In this document: positions 1 to 13,900 of the stretch, one piece after another | Position numbering within the stretch: the first letter of the stretch is position 1 | Layout: every line of letters begins with the position of its first letter | Assembly: GCF_963676685.1 (NCBI RefSeq) | Contig: NC_092347.1 | Coordinates: 98,890,001 to 98,954,000 of the forward strand | Direction: 5' to 3' | DNA length: 64,000 bases | From: Mytilus edulis | Lineage: Eukaryota | The notes under the pieces: generated by a model | What the model was told of the DNA's origin: nothing | Seen by the model: the letters and a program-made list of their open reading frames with translations, nothing else | Database searches by the model: none | Program-made: the position numbers and the translations under genes

Positions 1-2029
1 GTGTAGTACAATTTACAAATTGTAAATATTGGTAAAAATTCTGATACTTGTAGTTTTCGGTTTTAAGATCAATTAAAATGAGGTGTGTTTGAGGATTATC
101 ACAAAAAATTCAAGCATGTTGCTATCAAAAAGCAAAATTACCAAAATACTCCGATGAAAATTAAAAAAAACAAACGGATCGTCTCCAATCAACTGGCAAA
201 AATCAAATGCACAAACACAGCAAACATCAAATTTAGCAAACGTTTGCCCTTTAAGCCCCTTTAAAAGTCTAAAATATATCTCTCAAAGCATTTTTATTTT
301 ATTAAATACCGTTTTATTTCTTTTGTGTATAACAAAAACCGAAATCAAAAACATGTGTTATGCATATCAAGTTGTAAGTTTGTCTTTGCAACAGGCATGA
401 CTCTTTGGAACCACCACCGCAATGATGTGATATATATTTTATTTCCAAAGAGCAACGTTGTAGAAAATTGCTAACAAGTGTATAGTAATATGTACACACT
501 AAAAATATCTTATGCCATTCATGTAGACTTTCTGTTAACAATCTTATTTAAAAGAAATGTACTGTTTATTTTAAGGTTTTCAAAGGTTTATTGTAAACAT
601 AAAGTCTTCATTATCGTAACGTTTTGTATACATAAAAATACGATTGGTGAAACGAGTTTCTTTAGGACTTAGCCCATAAGAATTTCGAAAATTAAGGTAA
701 ATTGTCAGCAAGATGTGCAACCGGTTACTAACAAGTTTATTCAGTTCTCTCATCTGGATAAATATAGGATAAATTTAAAAAGTTCTTGAGCGTGTTTTGA
801 TTAGATCCATGTTGCTCAGTCTTTTTCTTCGTTTTGAGTTATACTTCTTTGTCCACGTTGTACTTAAAATCGTCATCTCAGTATGTTTATTATATAATGT
901 TATTGAGGAGTATTTTGTAGCCGAGAAACGTGTCTAGCGTAAATAATTCCTAGACTAGTATATTTTGTTTAATCAACTGGTCGATAGTACTGATTATAGA
1001 GGTTTCCTATCTGATGGCACCAACAGACCAGTAGTGAAATATCATTGATATGATCATTGTTATATTCTAACCACTTGTACACGACTTAGAATTTCATCCC
1101 TGAGGAAAAACTTACCGTAGTTGTATTCTGCAAAACCTTTCGGAATTGTGGATGCTTAATGCTCATAACATTTGAAATTGATTCTGTTTGATACATTATT
1201 TGATTGCTTGATTGGTTGTTGGTTGCTTAACGTCCAGTGGTAAATATTTTATTCAGGTTAAGGATGATAACAAACTAATACAAAATAAGATAGCTAGGTC
1301 TTGAAAAAAAAGCGTATCGGATTAAGGACTGGATAATTTAGAATGTTACCTGCATATAAATATTATTATTTTGGAAAGGGAAAGACATGTTGCCATGCAA
1401 AAGGTCAGCAACGTCCCCTCAAAAAGTTGTTTCAAAGGTTCCTAACGTGCAAAAAGCATTGTAATCTCTTTTCATCGGGCATCGAAATTAACTACCCCCC
1501 CCCCCCCCCCTAAGTCCGGATGTGAATGCGTTCTTGAACAAATCGCACACACAAACAGACGCCTCACTTTGGCAATGATTTGACTTCTGGAAACCCACAG
1601 TTTAATATTTCTACTCCTCATTTACCCTTGGGGTTAGATTGCGTGACTTATTGCTACTGATTGTCCTTTGTAGACGTGCGTCTTTCATACAATGTACACA
1701 ATTATAAATATGTGATAATGTTTTTTATTTCTTTTTTATTAGTTTGTCCTTTATCGACTTATGAGTTACATTGCCGTCTCTAATGAGCCATTATACATGT
1801 TATAGTGCCACAAGCGTTTAGACGCCAAGAATCCCTGTATAAGATGTATACATATCGGACATTAATTGAATTTTGTCGAAATAAAGTCAGTAACTAGATC
1901 AATTTTCTCAAGATTTAAACTTGATAAATCATGACAAATGAATTGTGAAATCGGCCTATGCACAAAGGTTGAATACAGTTTTGTAAAATATTTATACCTG
2001 ATCACATTATCATTTTTTTTGACAGTTTT

Positions 2030-3380
2030 AATGCTGATATGGTAATATTTATAATTAACAGTTTTCAAAACTTTAAAAGTTTGAAATACTAAGGCTTTTC
2101 TACAACAGGAATAGATTACCTTAGCTGTATTTGGCAAATGTCCTCAATGCTCTTCAACTTCGAACTTTATTTTGCCATTATAACTTCCTTGGATTCGAGC
2201 GTCACATATGACGAAACGTGCGTCTAACGTTAATAATTTTTTTTTTATCTATGATTTAATTATTTACAAAAACTGGGTCGAAGATTATCATTGATATGGT
2301 CATATTTATAAATAAACAGTTTGCAAATCTTACCCGGCCATATCCACTTGTATTTTTGTCCATCTGATGATTTAAACGTTTTTTAACTGACTTTTATAGT
2401 TCGTTCTTATGTTATACTGTTATATCACTGTCCGAGGTTAGGGGAGTATGGGATCCCGCTAACAGATTTAACCCCGCCACATTATATAGATATAGGAAGA
2501 TGTGGTGTGACTGCCAATTATTATGTACATTATGTATGTATGTGCCTGTCCCAAGTCAGGAGCCTGTTATTCAGTGGTTGTCGTTTGTTTATGTGTCTCA
2601 TGTTTGTTTTTCGTTCCTTTTTTATACATACAAAGGCCGTTAGTTTCTCGTTTAAATTGTTTTACATTGACATGTGGGGGCCTGACTATGCGGTATGGGC
2701 TTTGCTGATTGTTGAAGGCCGTACGGTGACCTAGTGTTGTTAATTTCTCTGTCATGTTGGTCTCTTGTTGTCTTATTGGCAATCATACCACATCTTTTTT
2801 TTTAACATTGAAATTTTTGACATACTAAGGCTTTTCTACCTCATGAATAGATCACCGTAGCTGTATTTGGCAGAACTTCAAGGAATTTTGGTCCTCAATG
2901 CTCTTCAACTTCGTTCTTAATTTGGGCTCTTTTAACTTTTTGTGAATCGAGCGTCACGGATGAGTCTTTTGTAGACGAAACTCGCGTCTGGCGTTAATAC
3001 AAAATTTTATCCTGGTATCTATGTGAGTATATTTAGCAAAACTGGGTCGATGCAACTGCTGGTGGAGATTTAATTGCCCAAAGGTATTATCAGCCAAGTA
3101 GTTAGCACTCTTGTGCTGATATGATATTAATAAATGACCAGTTTACAAAACTTTAAAATTATGAAATACTAAGGCTTTTTTATTACCTCAGGAAAAGATT
3201 ACCTTAGCTGTATTTGGCAAAACTTTTCAGGATTTGGTCCTCAACGCTCTTCAATTTTGTACTTTATTTGGCCTTTTTAACTTGTTTGGATTCGAACGTC
3301 ACTGATGAGTCTTTTGTAGACGAAATGTGCCTCTGGCGTAAATACATAATTTTCTCTTGGTATCTATGATGAGTTTATTT
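2030..3380 (+). mobile_element. Tandem array of ~345 bp retrozyme-like units with degenerate hammerheads, interrupted by another repeat at ~2335-2805
   Basis: Repeated AATACTAAGGCTTTT..GATTACCTTAGCTGTATTTGGC..CTCAATGCTCTTCAAC units. Hammerhead copies at ~2197-2230 (core deleted), 2951-2994 (CGGATGA variant) and ~3296-3339 (altered stem III). Confidence 0.78.
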
Positions 3381-4679
3381 ACCAAGGACACATTGATGAA
3401 ACTATTTCTGCTTTTCGGCATGTTGTTTTTATCGATTAGGCAAACGCATCTTTCATTCAGTTGTAGGGTGACAGCATGGATGTAAAGCAAAATTTCTGTC
3501 ATCAATTAAACATACTTAATTGTTTCTGGTAGCTATAAATGCATGTACTGTATCATAAACAAAAATGTCTGAGATTCTAATGATACCACAAAAGTCTTCA
3601 AATAATTTTTTCCTAAAAGCCTTCTGAAGTAGATTTTGTATAAGCTTCTATTATCAATCATTTTGGAGTTCAAAATACTCGTTGGTTTTCCACGTTTTAA
3701 ACTCGTGATGTTACGCTCACAATATCTTCACCAAAACCCGTATGTTAATCGTATTGAACAGCAAAATGATTGGTAGTCGTTGTGGAACTTGGTGTCGATT
3801 TGTTTTGTGCTTCACTACTCGATTAAGAGGTTTATATGTTTATTGTTGATAATAAATGCGTGTAAACATCTGATTGTCTTTTTTGAGTTTTGAACAGCGG
3901 TATACTAATGTTGCCTTTATTTGTAGTGGTGTCTTATTATTGCTGTTTTGTTATCGTATACGCACACATTCGTTTTATTTCAATGAGTAACTTTATGCAA
4001 TCCTCTGTGTAAATACTTAATACGTGTGCCTGCTCACATTTCCACATCTATGGCTATTTAACAGCAATAACTTTTTTTCTCTATAAAACTAGTTTTTTTA
4101 ATTTGTTATAATAGTAATGTTCTTCTTATATAATTATTATGTCAATCTGCAAGAGTGAATAAATTCCCAAACAAACATGATGATTAATATTGTATTAAAT
4201 CATATAATTTTTAAGTACTAAAAACAAGTAAAAAAAGCTTGTCATTTATATAAGAAGTGAAGTACGAGAATGCATCCAAACTAGCAATGTTCCTACTTCT
4301 CCTTGACCTATGAAGTTCTGGTCTTTATTATTGAAATTTTTTTGCCTAAAGTGGTCTAAGTATATACACATCTTTGACTTTTAAATTCTTATTAAGTATG
4401 TGTTCTTTTTTGAAGGACTTTCAGGACAAATCCAATTGATAAACCACATAGTCAGTTTGTAGATTTAAACTTTTTTAAGAATTTGTGGGTTTTGTTTTAA
4501 TTGTTTAACCACATTGCTTACAAGCGTTTTAGAAAAGGGAAAATTTGTCCATAATCTATGACTTTCAAAAATTTACGATAATGAAAAATTATAACTTCTG
4601 TCACAAAGAAAAACAATGACAATCAATTATTGATTGTAAAGAATTTTCGACACAAAGAGGAATAAATTACTTTGATTGA

Positions 4680-4786
4680 TTTGTGGTAATATGTATAATA
4701 CATCATATTTCATTATGAAAAGAACAATATATAAGGGTTCTCGAACCATACATTCAGCACAACACTGTACCATCGCACAAAATCAA
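4680..4786 (+). promoter_or_regulatory. Core promoter and non-coding exon 1 of paralog 1
   Basis: TTGTGGTAA..TGTATAATACATCA block, TATATAA 4728-4734, Inr-like CATTCAG (~4756), donor caa|gtaagt at 4787; block conserved upstream of all five paralogs. Confidence 0.8.
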
Positions 4787-7654
4787 GTAAGTTTCTTTAC
4801 AAAATTAACTATATTCATGATATTGTCTGTTAATTTAACTGCTCCATCGCAATTTATAGTATTCAACTTTTGACGATTTTTTAAGTTGAGAAAATTATGT
4901 CTTTGTCATTTTAGACAATCACACGATATTTGTGTTGTTACTACTATAAGTTTGATAAAATATTTTTGTATCACTAAACAATGCATTAGAAATCAAGAAG
5001 TCAAAGCTTACAGCAGTCAGCAATAAAATATCCACTTTTCTTTGAGATGAAACTTGATATTTAACAGTTCTTTCATTTCTAGATAAAATCAATGTATTTT
5101 AAATGACCTGCTATTTCTATGTCCTTTGTGGTCGTCCTTTTGTGAAATATTCGGCTTTGAGTGTTCCATATGAAGGACAATTCAGAAAAACTCTCTTGAA
5201 GCACAAAATTTGTTAAGTGTTATTTTCATTTCTATCGTGAGTATTATAAAAGTGCAAAATAATATAAATTATCTATAGAAGAACAACATGATACATAGTG
5301 TCAACTAGACCAATTTCTAATAAAAACAATATTATATTAGTAAAGTGAGATCGAAAAGGTAAAACCAAAATAATTGTTTGACAAAAATGAACGTTTTAAG
5401 TAGGTAAAAATTAGTTAAAAAAACGTCAAAGCGATTTATGAAGTTTGGAAAATATGCAGATGAAAACCCCATGATTACCAAAGAAATTATTACACGTGCA
5501 ATTCAGTTATATAAACTACTTCTAAGTATAAAATTATTCGGTTTACAATTTGTCATGAGCTAAATCCACTAGAGTATGAAAAACGCACCAAAAACAGTGA
5601 TATTGCTTCTTTCAAGGTTTTATGCTGTTCTAAAGATGGATATTTTTCAAATGGTGCAATTTTGTCAAAAAAGATGCAAAAGACGCCAGAGTGGAATTAA
5701 ATATTATAAGTAGAAATAAAAACTGACAATACCGTGACAAAAACGAAATGCGACAAAAAGAACGAAACAAAACTGTAAAGAACATTTTATGTGATTTTTT
5801 ATCATTACATAAATCTATTGGCTTGAATAACAATAAATTAAGTTTACTCATTATCAAAGGCTGTAGGGTGACCTGTTATTGTTTATACGTTTGTCTTTTG
5901 GTGCTTGTGAATAGTTTTCCAAATGGTAATTGAACCATAGTTTTATATAAATGTTTATTTAAAGCACATATCGAAAACTATTTTGAATGAAACTTCAATA
6001 TGTTCAATTTGATGTCTTCGACCCAATGACGTTTTGACATTACCATAGTTTGATATATTTATTTAAGGTAAATATCAAATACAATAGTTTTGAGTGAAAT
6101 TTCAATATTATCAATTTAATATCTTCGACCAAATGACTTATCGTTTTGACATTACCTTTCTATAGTGAAACTAACAATACATATCTGTGATTACTGTTAC
6201 CGACACTTGGACCTACTCCTTGAAGTCTGATAAAATACAATAAATTAGAAGGGGGAATTATCTCATGGGCCATACCACTAGTCTGATGTTTACAATTGAA
6301 TTCAGACCATGAGATAAAGGGCTGTGTGTTTTACGTAGAATCACTCTACAGATTAATAATGTAATCACGTAATAAAACATCTGTAGCCTTTCTTTAGCGA
6401 AAACTACAATAAAATCACTGTGAAAATATGATGAAAAAACTTTATGTATGACAACTTTTACTACTGATTGGCACACGAATGAAAGACATTTGTGCAAACG
6501 AAACGGTCAAACTTTACAACACACTATTGTTTTGGGGGTTCTCTTATTAGAGGTTTCTCAACATCTTCCGAACGAACGAAAATTGACCTACCTTGACGTA
6601 ACTTGCCGTAACGAAAAAAGAGGGAGCATTCATTTTGAGTCGTAGACATATTATATTGACTTGATATATATAATATATGTAATTGATCAATAAATTATGG
6701 CGAGGAATATAAAATATTTAGACCCAGGACAGCAATGTGTATGGTTTATATTCGTACAAATTTTAGTATTTATAAAATTATTTTATTTCGGTTTTTTTTC
6801 GTTGAGTTTTAATGGCATGCTGTATATGTTTCTTCGGTTTATATTTTTCTTATTTTTTCTATTTACTGTAGGAATAGAATTTAAAGAAAACGAACCTTTT
6901 AAAAACTATGTAACTATCAGTTTTGTTGGTGCAGTAGCACTCATACTTTCAACAAGAATACACAAAACTCTATTACTTTATGATTGATCGAATGCACCTT
7001 TATATTTCTGTAACTAATTCCAAAAATAATTTAAAGCAAGTCGGACCAATTGGACATTTTTTGTTTGGTGCTTATTTCTAGAAGACATAATTTACCCAAA
7101 CTCACCATCCTTTATTCGATCCATATTTATAAGGGATGTATGGATATTTTAAAAGAAAATACTAAACTTGTGTCATCTAAAAAACTTTTTAATCCTTTTA
7201 CAAACACTAATCTCGTCGGGAAATACTTGTCACAGAACGTTAAACATCTAACAATCAATCAAATGAAATGCAAACCAGACGCCCGATTGTTTTTAACAAC
7301 ATTACAAACTGACATGTTCTTTTTAAATTGATAAGGGAGATAAATCAAACGCATATATTCGACATGTAACCAAACGAAACTCAACGTAAGAATACGTAAC
7401 ATGCAACAGCAGAAAATAAATTGGAACATCGATGTTTAACCACAAAATTAAAATGCAAGGTGGTAAAAAGACTATGCAATTGTTTACCGTTGTCTTTCAA
7501 CACACTACAATATCGCTAAACATTTATTGTGGATTTTATGATCTAAATAACTGCTCCTTAACGCTACGTTCGTAGAGTTTCGTTCGTTCGTAAGATGTTG
7601 ACAAACCTCTATTAAGTACTCTGTAATAAAAAAAAAAATCTTTTCTATTGAAGA

Positions 7655-9340
7655 ATGCAGATCTTAGTCGGTATACTCCTGGTTATTTGTAGCGCAGTCA
7701 GCGCATCCTATAAAGGAGGATATGGCGGTTATGGAGGTGGATACGGAGGATACGGAGGTGGATTCGGTGGTGGGTTCGGAAGAGGATACGGAGGATACGG
7801 AATCGGAGGTGGTTACGGAGGATATGGAATCGGAGGTGGATACGGAGGATATGGAATCGGTGGTGGATACGGAAGATACGGTGGAATCGGAGGTGGATAC
7901 GGTGGCGGATACGGAGGCGGATATGGAAAAGGAAAAGTTGTTGTCGTTAAAGGATATGGTGGTTATGGTGGTTTAGGAGGTGGATATGGTGGTTATGGTG
8001 GATATGGTGGCGGTTATGGTGGACTAGGAGGTGGATATGGTGGTTATGGTGGTTACGGAGGTGGATTAGGTGGTATTGGAGGAGGATATGGTGGTTACGG
8101 TGGTGGATACGGATACGGAAAGGGCAAAGGTAAGATATTGTATACTTTAAATTATCATTTGACAATTACTTAATGTATAGATTGTATAGGTTTTATTCAT
8201 TCATTTGTTTAAAGCCTATACAGGTTTCTGTCAGAATGTCAAAGGATACAATACGCCTTCTTAAAAGGGAATATACATTGCAGCCGTCAAATAGATGACA
8301 TATATAAAAACAATATAAAAGTTTTGTTTTATCCCTATTGATTTCACTTACGTTCTAAGAATCCGTAGGAAGTCAGTATCAAACCACATTAAATATGGTG
8401 TAAATCATCATTTACATGTTCAGGACTAAATTCTTTGTAAAAATATTCAAGGGTTTTGCAAGGGTAAAAAGTGAGACGTTTTAATTCACAAACAAACTGT
8501 AGATTCTTCAGAGTTGAATTATTTCCCTTGTTTAAAATTATCCGAGTTTAATACTATGACGTAAACATAAAGTAAGGTTGACTAGATTATTGAATTATTG
8601 AATTTTTGATATTTTAAACAGATATCATTACAGGTAATCTTCACACTTTGCAAGAAGTGAGGTGACTGACAAAAACATTAGTTTCGTCAAAATAAACAAC
8701 AGAAAGTAAAACTAAGTACGCAAAACTTCGGAAGAAATTAGCCAAGTGAAATGCAAACAGTATTATTTAACTTGAATTTGATTATATGTGATATAGCTTT
8801 ATTGTTAAAAATGAAGATGTATTATCAATGCTTATACCAAGCCATTCGTTTGATGTGTTTGGGCTTTTGATTTTGCATTTGTTGAGGTACTTTCCGTTTG
8901 GAATTTCAATTGTAGGCCGCTTTTATGCGTATATAATAAAAAAAAAAAAGGAAACACAAAAAATGTAAAATATAATTTTGTTTAAAAAGTCTGATTAAGT
9001 ACAAAATCAACAATGCAAAATGATAAGTGTTATTGTGCCATGGTAAATGTTTGTTTATACATTTGTTTTGTCAGTATAATCGAATTTTATGCGATTGTTA
9101 TACAAGTGAGAGGTTTATATAGCTATTAAACCAGGTTGGATCCACCACTTTCTAGTTCCAAGACACGAATATTATAGGTGTTGTCCATTCGTTTGATGTG
9201 TTTGAGCTTTTGGTTACGCCATTTGATTAGTAGGGACTTTCCGTTTTGAATTATCTTCGGAGTTCAGTATGTTAGAGATTTTACTATTTTCGTAAAACCG
9301 ATGTTATAAGATATTTTCATTTTATTTTGCAGGATATTAA
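7655..9340 (+). CDS. Secreted glycine/tyrosine-rich structural protein, paralog 1 (shematrin-like), 160 aa; coding exons 7655-8129 and 9333-9340
   Basis: Signal peptide MQILVGILLVICSAVSA followed by SYKGGYGG and GGYG/GGLG repeats. Acceptor ttgaag|A-ATG; phase-1 donor AAAG|gtaag at 8130; last exon ttttgcag|GA TAT TAA gives ...GKGKGY*; AATAAA at 9395-9400. Same structure in four other paralogs. Confidence 0.9.
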
Positions 9341-10923
9341 ACAGACTCTCATCCAATAGAACTACAAAGGATATTATTTTTTTACATTTATGATAATAAA
9401 ATATAATCATGCATTGCATTTGTGTTGTCGTCTTCTTTCATAAATTTATTATACTGTCTTAGATTCAAGCACCTTCACTCTTGTCGAGATGAATTGTCGT
9501 AAGAAGAAAACGCATTATTATAAAATCAATATTGAGCTAAAATATTTCTCTAGATCATGGAAATTAGTTGGAATTCATCATATATGTAGATAACTGGTAA
9601 CGTATCGTACCTTTAACGAACGCAACCACGACTCTGTTGCACTTTGATGTTTCTGCTGTTTCGTTGTTTACCTTTTATATTTGATTTGTTCCCTCACTTT
9701 TAGTTTGTTACGGTACCCGGATTTGTTTTCTATCAATCAATTTATGATTTTCGAACAGGGGAATACTACTGTTGCCTTTATCAAAGCGTTGTCTGTAGCA
9801 CACCCTATTGATAATATGACACTGATAAACTCTTTACATCCTTTAAATTACAGAATGGAGTAATCCTTTCTCATGATTGCATGTATGCCTTAACACAACT
9901 TTCTCGATTTTTTCGGAGGGTAATTATTAACAAGAGAAAGATGCATTTTAAAAAATCATGAAACGAAAACGACAAGACAATGAATTTAAAACAACGAAGG
10001 ATATATCTTAAAAAGTAAAGTATTTATGTTGACCCCTGATATAAAACCTGATTATATAAAATGTCAATAAAAATAAAATGGCGTACCAAAAAGGCTACTA
10101 ACAACAGAATGTAAAAATATCCTATAATTGATCAAACTGAACAATTACAAAACTCCATGTCCCGTGTCCTGTAAATTCATTTATTATTTATGAAATGTTC
10201 GATTATGTTGAACACTAAGGATTTTCTCCTGTTGAAGTCTACCTTAGCCCTTGTTTTTGGCTGACATTATCTGTCCTTGCGGTCATAAAACTTTCGAGTC
10301 AGTTTTTTTGTACTCATACTCGAAAATCAACCAATGAAATTGCTTGATTTCTTGTTCGAGCATGATTTTTGTGCTCCAAGCACTGAGCAAAGTTTTATGC
10401 CTTCAAGGCCTGGAATAAAGGTTTGTTAAGCTCTTCAGTGTCGTATTTTTTACGGCTTTCCAACTATTCGATGAGTTTTATTAAGACAAAACAGGCGTAG
10501 GGCGTACACATTTATACGCCCGGGTAATACTCGCATGCGTCCAGCACATCTATATCGGACCCAATAATATTTATGGATATTTTCAAACAACACATAAGAA
10601 CTTTTTATATATATTTACATCTAAGGGGGACTCAAGTTGCCGAATTTCCGTTGATAAGCATAAGCTTGCTATATGATGAATTTTACTTTCCGTGATTTTA
10701 TCTCTTTAATGAATAATTCAAATATTGTTGACATGATTTAACAAACTTTAGTAAAATTGTCCGTTTATAAATTTATGAATTCTTAAGAAACTAAAGTTTC
10801 AACTCCCTCAGGCAAAGTTGGCTTTAGATGAATTTGGCTATTTATTTAAGGTATTTTTGACATATAGCTCTTCAACGGTTTCGGCAACTTATACATCTTC
10901 GGATTTCAAATGTTTGGCTTTAA

Positions 10924-10965
10924 GCGTTCCTGATGAAGGTAAATCCAGAAAAGCGCTTCGGACGC
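10924..10965 (+). ncRNA. Second-family minimal type I hammerhead ribozyme (Penelope-type)
   Basis: GCGTTC-CTGATGA-AGGTAAATCCA-GAAA-AGCGCT-TC-GGACGC: stem I GCGTTC/GGACGC, intact core, palindromic AAGCGCTT stem III, UUC triplet; sits in a ~10720-11000 repeat. Confidence 0.75.
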
Positions 10966-13900
10966 AAGAAATTATTCAACGTGTTGTTTTCAATTTTTTA
11001 ACTTATAACATTTGGACTTCATCTATTCCAACGACTTTGGAATAACATATTCCACATATACATTTAGTGTGTTTTAAATTTTGAATTTAAAAGTTGTCAA
11101 TACGGACCGTTTGAGAGATAAATTGTACGACAGAAGACATTTTTTTTTATTTCCCCCCTGTTGCACATTCATTTCTATGTGACAAAAAACGCAGTTGCAT
11201 TGCAAACCCTTGTTTAATCAATACTCCAGGATACGATTTTCTATAATGATTTTTGTGATGGACTGTAACTGCTTTCAAGGAAGCTATGGCCCAGTAAATT
11301 GTTAAAAAAAGAAGAACATAAGTCATCCCGTCATGCACAGACCCCATCATTATTTAGTTGACGTTTTCGAATATCTGTAAGATAGATGGCCACGGATATG
11401 CCGCAAAAGGACATTCAAACTCATAAGTTGGAAATAAACTGATAAAAGCCAATCAAGATAACGAAAAAAAGACAAAAGAAGAAACAACAGGATACAAAAG
11501 ATAACATACAAAGCTAGCAACTTACTCACGAACCTCACTAAAAACCGTAGTTGACATTAGGTGCTACGGTAGGTATGCATACCGCAATTGTCTGAGAAGA
11601 GAAATTGTGAACACACCAAATAATTAGTAAACACGATCTAGAAACAATATCTGAATACATGAAACTGTAGTTCGATTCTTAGAAAGAGTTTTTTTTAATT
11701 ATTTTTACCAATTTATGTTTTTCTATTAAGCGTATATATGAAAATGAATAAATAATGAAAAAAAAAATGGATCGGGACGATGAGATGTAAAGGTTAACAT
11801 AAATTTGTTTATAGATAGTTTTCTTACAAAGTTTTTCAAACACATTTTGAGTTAATTGGTAGTTATCATTACAACTAAAATAGTGTTTTTTTTTATAGTA
11901 CCGGACAGGATAACACTTTACTCATGCCAAGTATTTCTTTATTTGAAACAAAGATAAATGTTCTGAAAAGTGTTAATTTAACAAACATTAATAAGGGAAA
12001 TCAATACCACCTTCAAAGGCTTTCATGTACTACTGGAGCATAACAAAACACAAGAGTATGAGGGGTATGGAATCTAGGTACTTACATTATTTATCATCTT
12101 AAGAAAGCTTAGAATATTCCTGTGTTTGTCTCTTTTCACTAAACACCTTTACTTAGTTGAAGGGCGAACGGTAGCCTAAAATTTGTACTTTCTGTGTCAT
12201 TTGGTCTCTTGTGAAGAAATGTCTTATTGGTGATCATGTCACATTTCTTTTATATGAACTTTTAAGTTGTTTTTTTTGGTGATAAAATCCTTCTCTTTTC
12301 TTTATGCCATGTGTTTTTCTATGATGACATGTTTGTTTGTTTTATAGAGTGAATTAGAAAATTACACTACGTTTACTGCTAGACCCCTATTTTGGACATT
12401 TTTACTTATTATGTCTGTTTGTTCTGTTGGCACATTTTGGTCTTTTTTAATACAAAAATATGCGAGTGTCATACAAGTGAGGGGATAAACTAGCTATATC
12501 ACTAGGTTGAATCTACACATTTCTACATACGCAAATGCCTGCACCACGACAGTCAGGAATATGACAGTTGTTATCAATTCGGTTGATATGTTTAAGCTTT
12601 TGATTTTCCCATTTGATAAGGGACTTTACAATTGATTTTTTTCTTGGAGTTCAGTAGTTTTGGTATTTGACTTTTCATATATTGGAAAAACATCTACATA
12701 TTGACAATGAAGATCGGTTGACATGTTTTTACTTTTTCATAAGAATTTATTTTGTCAACATAACATAATTTCATGTTGTAATGTTACACTATTGTTTCAG
12801 ATAAGGGTGAAAATTGATGCATATTAAATCTTTTAAACCCGCTACATGTGTTGGCACCTGTCCTATATAAGTTATGAATCTGATGTTCAGTAGTTGTTGT
12901 CTGTTGAAGAGGTTCATTAGTGTTTATCGTTTTTTTTATATATAGATAAGACCGTTGAATTTCCCGTTTGAATGATTTTAAACTAGTCATTTTTGGGGCT
13001 CTTTATAGCTTGCTGTGAGTCAAGGCTACGTGTAGAAGTCCGTGCTATGACCTATAATGGTTTGCTTTTACAAATTGTGAATTGGATGAATAGTTTTTGT
13101 CTCATTGGTACTCAGCCACATCTTCTCTTTTGTCTGTTTGTCTCTTAATTTTTTAGCCATAGTGTGGTCAGTTTATTTTCGATCTATGAGTTTGACTGTC
13201 CTTCTGGAATCTGACGCCGGTCTTTCTTATATCTATTTACAACAAAATGACAAAAATAAAAGACTTAAACGCAAAAAAAAAAGAAAAACGTAAAGACAAC
13301 AGTCGTATACCGCTGTTTAAAACTCATAATTCGAGGAAGCTAAAAAAAAATACGGGTAACAATTTATTATCGAGGGATACACAAAAATACACTGAAATAC
13401 AAGAAAAGCAAATGCCAATACAAATGGACACGGAAAAAAGTAAAATCACAAAAATACTGAACTTAGAGGAAGATCAATTGGGAAAGTCCATAATCACATG
13501 GCAAAATCAAATAACAAAACGCATCAAAAACGAATGGACAAAAACTGTCATATTCCTGACTTGGTACATGCATTTTGTTTTATAGACAAATGGTGGGTTG
13601 AATTTGGTTTTATAGCCAACCCCCCGCTTGCACATCAATTTAAAGAAAAAAACACGCTATAATTACTACACTACGTTACAGGAATACAGTACAGACTAAC
13701 GAAAAACGATCAACACAGAGAAAAACACGAATAAATAATACAATACAGTCAAATTTTGGTAAACCAAATACCGAATTAACAGATTTTTCGGTCGATTCCG
13801 GCCAAGTATTGAAGACTCATTTGTTTCTCTATAAAGTTCCTTATGTCGTCAAAATTACGATATAATTATATAGTCACTTTACTCTTTATTATATGAATTA

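Noticed and set aside
1495-1510. Poly-C tract as a regulatory G-quadruplex
   Set aside because: Simple homopolymer with no nearby gene feature.
8130-8173. ORF-track C-terminal tails after GKGKG in all five Gly-rich ORFs
   Set aside because: They lie past a conserved gtaag donor and are divergent intron read-through.
11147-11350. Short minus-strand ORF with a signal-peptide-like stretch
   Set aside because: No supporting exons, promoter or recognisable domain; may be chance or an unresolvable relic.
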